The position numbers were made by a program, and so were the translations under genes. The notes beneath the pieces are model-generated. The model was not told the DNA's origin. It did no database searches and saw nothing but the letters and a program-made list of their open reading frames with translations. 38,727 nt of DNA from Trypethelium eluteriae (lineage: Eukaryota): the NCBI GenBank assembly GCA_051942245.1, contig JAVECL010000183.1, forward strand, positions 1 to 38,727, given 5' to 3'. Below are positions 34,426-38,727 of the stretch, piece by piece; position 1 is the stretch's first letter, and every line of letters starts with the position of its first letter.

Positions 34426-35109
34426 ATGAGTTTTAACGATCTCCCACCAGAACTTCGCCTCCATATCTTTTCATACGTTGTGGTTTTTCCTGATCATCTC
34501 ATTGCGATTCGTCGACCAAGTGTGCTTTTTTCTCATACGTCGGATCTCTCTCTTTCGTTATATCTTCAGAAATTAGGCTTGTTCACTGTCTCTCAACAGA
34601 TCAGGCAAGAGGCTCTTCACACCTTCTTCACCCACAACACCTTCGTCGATCGTCATCACGCTCTCAACCAGGTCTGTCGGCATGAGACAAAGTGGTGGAT
34701 GCGACGCGTCCGCCATTTCCATCTTGACGTTAACATCTATGATGCTGAGAATCTGCTCTCTTCGAATGCCCTGGATCGAGCGGGAGCTATGTTTGCAAGA
34801 AGATTCGCGGATCTGGTGTCCTTGAGGTCGTTGCAGATCAGTATCACCGAGCACTCGCAAACAAGAGGTCCAATGTCTCAATGTTTGTTTGTACTTTTCC
34901 GGCAGATCCAAAGCACAGCAAATATTGTCATACCATGGGACGAGCTTAATGGGGGTAGTCAAAAGATTAAGATCACGCTGAACGACGCGCAGATGCAAAC
35001 GTTCTTGAGGATAATGCGAAGCGAGACTTGGACTGATGGTGCACTGGAAGAAAAAGGCATGGACTCAGCAAACATGTCTTCCTCAACAATGGTTACCTTG
35101 CACGCCTAA
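34426..35109 (+). CDS. F-box-like small protein, paralog C, 227 aa
   Basis: CAACC-ATG context. FNDLPPELRLHIFSY; LFTVSQQIRQEALHTFFTHNTF; KWWMRRVRHFHL; SLRSLQI. Confidence 0.78.
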   Translation: MSFNDLPPELRLHIFSYVVVFPDHLIAIRRPSVLFSHTSDLSLSLYLQKLGLFTVSQQIRQEALHTFFTHNTFVDRHHALNQVCRHETKWWMRRVRHFHLDVNIYDAENLLSSNALDRAGAMFARRFADLVSLRSLQISITEHSQTRGPMSQCLFVLFRQIQSTANIVIPWDELNGGSQKIKITLNDAQMQTFLRIMRSETWTDGALEEKGMDSANMSSSTMVTLHA

Positions 35110-35232
35110 AAGGCAGCAATACTTGGAGGGTTGTCGGGAAGCTGTGAATTCACCGCTTCCGTTGTGTGATCACAGGCCGAGGCGCTGCCACTCCCGCCTC
35201 TACTGTCCGTGACATTTCCCAACAACTCATAT

Positions 35233-35523
35233 TCAACGCTGCCATTCATAAGCAAGGACTACAAACCGAAAACCGCGGTCACTCTTGTTTGCAAAGTGGA
35301 ATTTGCTTACCAGAATATCCTCTGCAGCACCGAGAAATGCAATAAGGGATATCGACAAGCCAGACCAAGGCCACAAATGACCGTCTCTAGCTTCACGACC
35401 TTACTGAAGCCGCCTCGGAATACATGAGACTTCAACAAGATACCAGAATATCTTCCGCCGATCTTCATTCGATAGACTACTAAAGTCTTTATCCAACCTT
35501 TGATAGATCTCGCTGAGGAACGC
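35233..35523 (-). pseudogene. Possible decayed, inverted F-box-like paralog
   Basis: Minus frame reads AFLSEIYQRLDKDFSSLSNEDRRKIFWYLVEVSCIPRRLQ*GREARDG...LIAFLGAAEDILVSKFHF. The segment at 35484-35434 resembles the family N-terminal motif; it has no ATG and an internal TAA at 35403-35401. Confidence 0.3.
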
Positions 35524-35628
35524 CTAAAGCCCACGGACGTTGGAAATTTCGGACACGGCTCTCGGTGCCAACGGTTCTTATCTCTTAACCTAACGGTAAT
35601 TTACCTCCAGACATCGATAGCGGTTACG

Positions 35629-36255
35629 ATGACAGGGCTGCTAGATCTTCCTCCAGAATTGAGGTGGAAGATATTCTCCTTGGTCACTGTCCAGGACTCA
35701 GATACGATCATAAAACATCACAGCCTTAAAGGCTTCTCTCTTGACATACACAACAGGTTTCCCGGTCGTTGGAAAAATCTCGAGTACTGCTGCCTACCTG
35801 CATTGCTCCACGTGTCTCGACAAGTCCGACAGGAAACAGCCAATGTTTTCTTCACGCAGAATCGATTCTATTGCGAGGTCCCGTGTTCACTGTCAAAGCT
35901 TTCGCGGCCGTGGTGGATCGTTTTCATTCGCGACCTTTTGGTCTCCGTCAGGCATAATTCTAGATATGCCTCCATCCCTCTCAACAGCGACGGTAGCCCA
36001 TGCAAAATCTACGCCAGATTCATTGGAGGATTGTTTCGTGCCTTTGAATCTCTACAGCGCTTGGAGATCGAGCACTATGTTGTCATTCCTGGGTGGACCA
36101 GTCCAAGGGGCATAGACTGTTATACGGAAATGCTCGAATGCACGAAAACAGGAGCATCCTTTGAGCTCACGTATTACAACGATTTCATTGGCTATATGAG
36201 CGATGAGAAAACAAATGAGATCATCTCTATAATATCTAACGAAGGTATGTCCTAG
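35629..36255 (+). CDS. F-box-like small protein, paralog D, 208 aa
   Basis: Start placed at ATG 35629 (the track start at 35500 is TTG). LLDLPPELRWKIFSLV; LPALLHVSRQVRQETANVFFTQNRF; PWWIVFIRDL; SLQRLEI. A CTAAC branch and CAG (35608-35610) just upstream suggest a 5'-UTR intron. Confidence 0.78.
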   Translation: MTGLLDLPPELRWKIFSLVTVQDSDTIIKHHSLKGFSLDIHNRFPGRWKNLEYCCLPALLHVSRQVRQETANVFFTQNRFYCEVPCSLSKLSRPWWIVFIRDLLVSVRHNSRYASIPLNSDGSPCKIYARFIGGLFRAFESLQRLEIEHYVVIPGWTSPRGIDCYTEMLECTKTGASFELTYYNDFIGYMSDEKTNEIISIISNEGMS

Positions 36256-36717
36256 ACTCCTGTCGTAAAACGCTTTGATGGCTGATAGTAAATTAGGCGG
36301 GGAATGTCAAGGATGACCGCATAAGGTGACGGCATCGTCCATCAGGATTGGATAGATTCCATGGCCCATCGGTTGACCGAAGTTTTCACCGTAGCTCTCA
36401 CACTTCGTATGGCGTAAGGACAGGGTTGGTTAATTTACTCCGTAGCCAGCTCTTTTGTTAATTTAGCCTTTAATTGTTTCCCCCTTATCCTTGTCCCTGT
36501 AATCTTCGAGCAAAAGTCAATGTTTCATCGATTTCTAGTAAGGTCACGGCTACATTCTTTCAACGGTCTCTCGTGATCATTACTGGCTCTGTCCATGTAC
36601 TGAGGATTGTCAGTAGCTCTAGCCGGTTTACCGGAGAGAGTTGAAGACCTAGTTAACAGGATATTTGGGTTGGATTGGAATCACAGTGCTAGAAAGATTG
36701 CAGGCACGCTCAAGTAT

Positions 36718-38727
36718 TACATGAGATGGCTCCCAGAACCTAGCCTACTGGTTACGCCAGCGCCCAGCTTGCTTTTGTCCCATTCAGATCTCCAAGCATC
36801 ACGCAATAGATTTTTCTCCTCCCCCAGCTTTCTCCCTTCTCCACCCTCATCCTTCCTTGTTTTTTTTTTTTTTTTTCAGCCTAATCGCATTCACTTGAAC
36901 AAACCCCGTCGCCTATTGTGGCTCAAAATCACCAATCTCATCCATAATGCTCTCGCTCATATCAAAGTTTCTCCTTCTCAGATCGGCGTTCACTATTGGG
37001 AATGAGCCCTTGAAGCGCCTGCATCTCACGGCGCCATTGACACTGCCCTGGCTCGCAGCAATACTCGCCTCCAGAAACTCCCGTTCAGGAGAGAAGTATA
37101 TGCCCGCGAACTGATCCCTCAGAGCCCAAAATGCGCGATCCAGCGTGGGCCCCTCGAGATCCATGGGCCCGGTGCAGGGAAACGTAAGTCCTGACGTCTC
37201 ATAGTATTCCCACGACTTAAGCCCAAGAAACGATTCTCCACAATGTCAACCCTGCCAACTCCGTTCCTTCGCAATTGCGGTGCAGGTCAGGAAAAGGTCT
37301 ACCGATTCTATGACTCTCTTCGCCCCCTCCTCGACATACACCAACCTCGCTGGCCACCTCTTCTCAAATTCAAGTGTAAAGTCTCCTGGTTGATGTGGTG
37401 CTTGTGTAGAGTCGGTTGTCAGCCTCCACATATTCTCCGGAGCCGTCAAGTATGGATCGTCGAGGATGCCAGCCTCACAGCTGCAGTGAGCAAGGTTCTC
37501 GTCCTCCAAGGCTAAGCTTTGGTGCTAGAGACGGGCATGTCTTTCTGGGCGGCATAATCGAGGAGGTCGGCGCGGCTAACAAAACGTTTGTAGAAGACCG
37601 GATCACGCCGGTGGGCAATGACTTTGATGGAGGGTTGGAGGGCGTAGGAGGCTAATCCGAAGCGCAGCTGGCTGTTACCTTCGACTGCAGTCAATTTCCA
37701 GCTTACCGTGCTTCAAGCGCCTTGAAGATCTGGCAACTCTTTTGGATAAGAGATGTAAGGAACCAACTTACTTTTGCTAACATCCGTGACTTACGAACTT
37801 GCACCACTCTCGCTGAGCGACTTTGAATTGAGCTCTATTCATCATTGGACGGGCTGACGAGGTACCGAGTAAGTAATCAGTCTAGATGAGTACGTAAGAC
37901 TCTGTTAGAGGTGAAGAAGCATAGTCAGAGCTACGAATTTCCCTGGAAGTTTCTTATCTTATCGGAGCTCTTGCCGACGCCGGCCTAGACCCTGGAATCC
38001 CTTGGAAAACTTTATTTTGCTCCTCCGCAGCCTCATCGCATCGGAGGTGGCAAGGTGGTTGTAATTCTCGCTGCAGGCCTCACACCGGCCCGGGGTGAAG
38101 AGAACTCATTTTTCACTTGTTTCTTTCTCTACTTCTCCCTATCTTGTCTCTTTAGACTTTTCGTTCAGAGTCAGTGCCACTGGAATTGTTATCTCGTTTG
38201 AAGATACGATGCTCTGTCAGCCACCTCGAACGTGGGTGAGCCTTGGTCGTTTTTTGGCTGACCCATTTTCCTCCCCAACCCGCACCCGTAAGAGATCCAT
38301 CAGCTCTCCCTATAAAGTTTGTTCAAGAGGACGAGCTTGGTCTTCACGAGTCATGTTGCTACCTCCTGCGACTCCGCCAAGTCCAGAGTTGTCACTCAAG
38401 TCTTGGCGCATACCTTCAAAAGAGGCTTGGCGCGTTTCGAGGCGTCACAACGTCACTGCAAGGTCTGTTTTCAGCTTCACGATGGCTGAAGCATTAAGAT
38501 AATGTTCCTCATCATATCGTATTTCAAATACTCTACATTCGCCAAGAATGCTCCATGTATCACCATCTATCCACTTTTCTTTTTGTCAGCAAACACGAAA
38601 TGCTCCCAGTACGAATCTCAGACAGGCCCACTATTCAGACACCCAAAGGATAATCGTACAATGCATCACAATTCCACACAAATCCCATGCACCAGTAATG
38701 CAATCAGATCTCCGCAATAGCCAACAG
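36718..38727 (-). pseudogene. Large spliced gene relic with multiple in-frame stops, probably extending beyond the right edge
   Basis: After GCTGAC..TAG (38569-38567) one frame reads GDTWSILGECRVFEIRYDEEHYLNASAIVKLKTDLAVTL*RLETRQ...LEQTL*GELMDLL...RGG*QSIV...KETR*GEVEKETSEK*VLF, with stops at 38447, 38312, 38219, 38141 and 38108. ORFs 37509-37246 and 37164-36913 share a frame, separated by one TGA. Donors GTAAGT 37771 and GTAAGC 37706. Confidence 0.55.
36860..36876. repeat. T17 homopolymer (A17 on minus strand)
   Basis: 17 consecutive T within the 3' part of the minus-strand relic. Confidence 0.8.

Noticed and set aside
36860..36876. T17 run as a retroelement poly(A) tail
   Set aside because: No target-site duplication or RT/ORF features seen; protein-like relic sequence continues on both sides.
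37246..38447. Alternative genetic code (stop reassignment) explaining the in-frame stops
   Set aside because: Conserved genes in the window end at TGA and TAG normally (GCN20, CUS2 and Mep at TGA; WHI2 and ALDH at TAG).
38095..38502. 135-aa plus-strand ORF
   Set aside because: Ser/Phe/Leu-rich antisense shadow of the Glu/Lys-rich minus-strand relic.

Overview
Eukaryotic DNA from a filamentous ascomycete (Pezizomycotina-like: short GT-AG introns with CTRAY branch points). Conserved genes: a secreted AA12/sorbosone-dehydrogenase-like beta-propeller (truncated at the left edge), a ~1100-aa Ser/Pro-rich hypothetical protein, GCN20 (ABCF), WHI2, a PMU1-like histidine phosphatase, a Mep/Amt ammonium transporter, CUS2/Tat-SF1 and an aldehyde dehydrogenase. 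Between them are accessory patches: four intronless paralogs with a split F-box-like motif in two tandem pairs, a possible fifth decayed copy, a HET-domain gene and several stop-riddled gene relics. The most striking observation is that WHI2 appears to have a 160-codon N-terminal extension starting at a UUG in good Kozak context, inside a ~600-nt leader with no ATG in any frame, and encoding a PPxY motif. Three GC-rich patches with a sharp C-rich to G-rich skew flip sit inside genes. No RNA genes, CRISPR arrays or recognisable transposons were found. All gene models were spliced by hand and all family calls come from motif recognition, not database searches.
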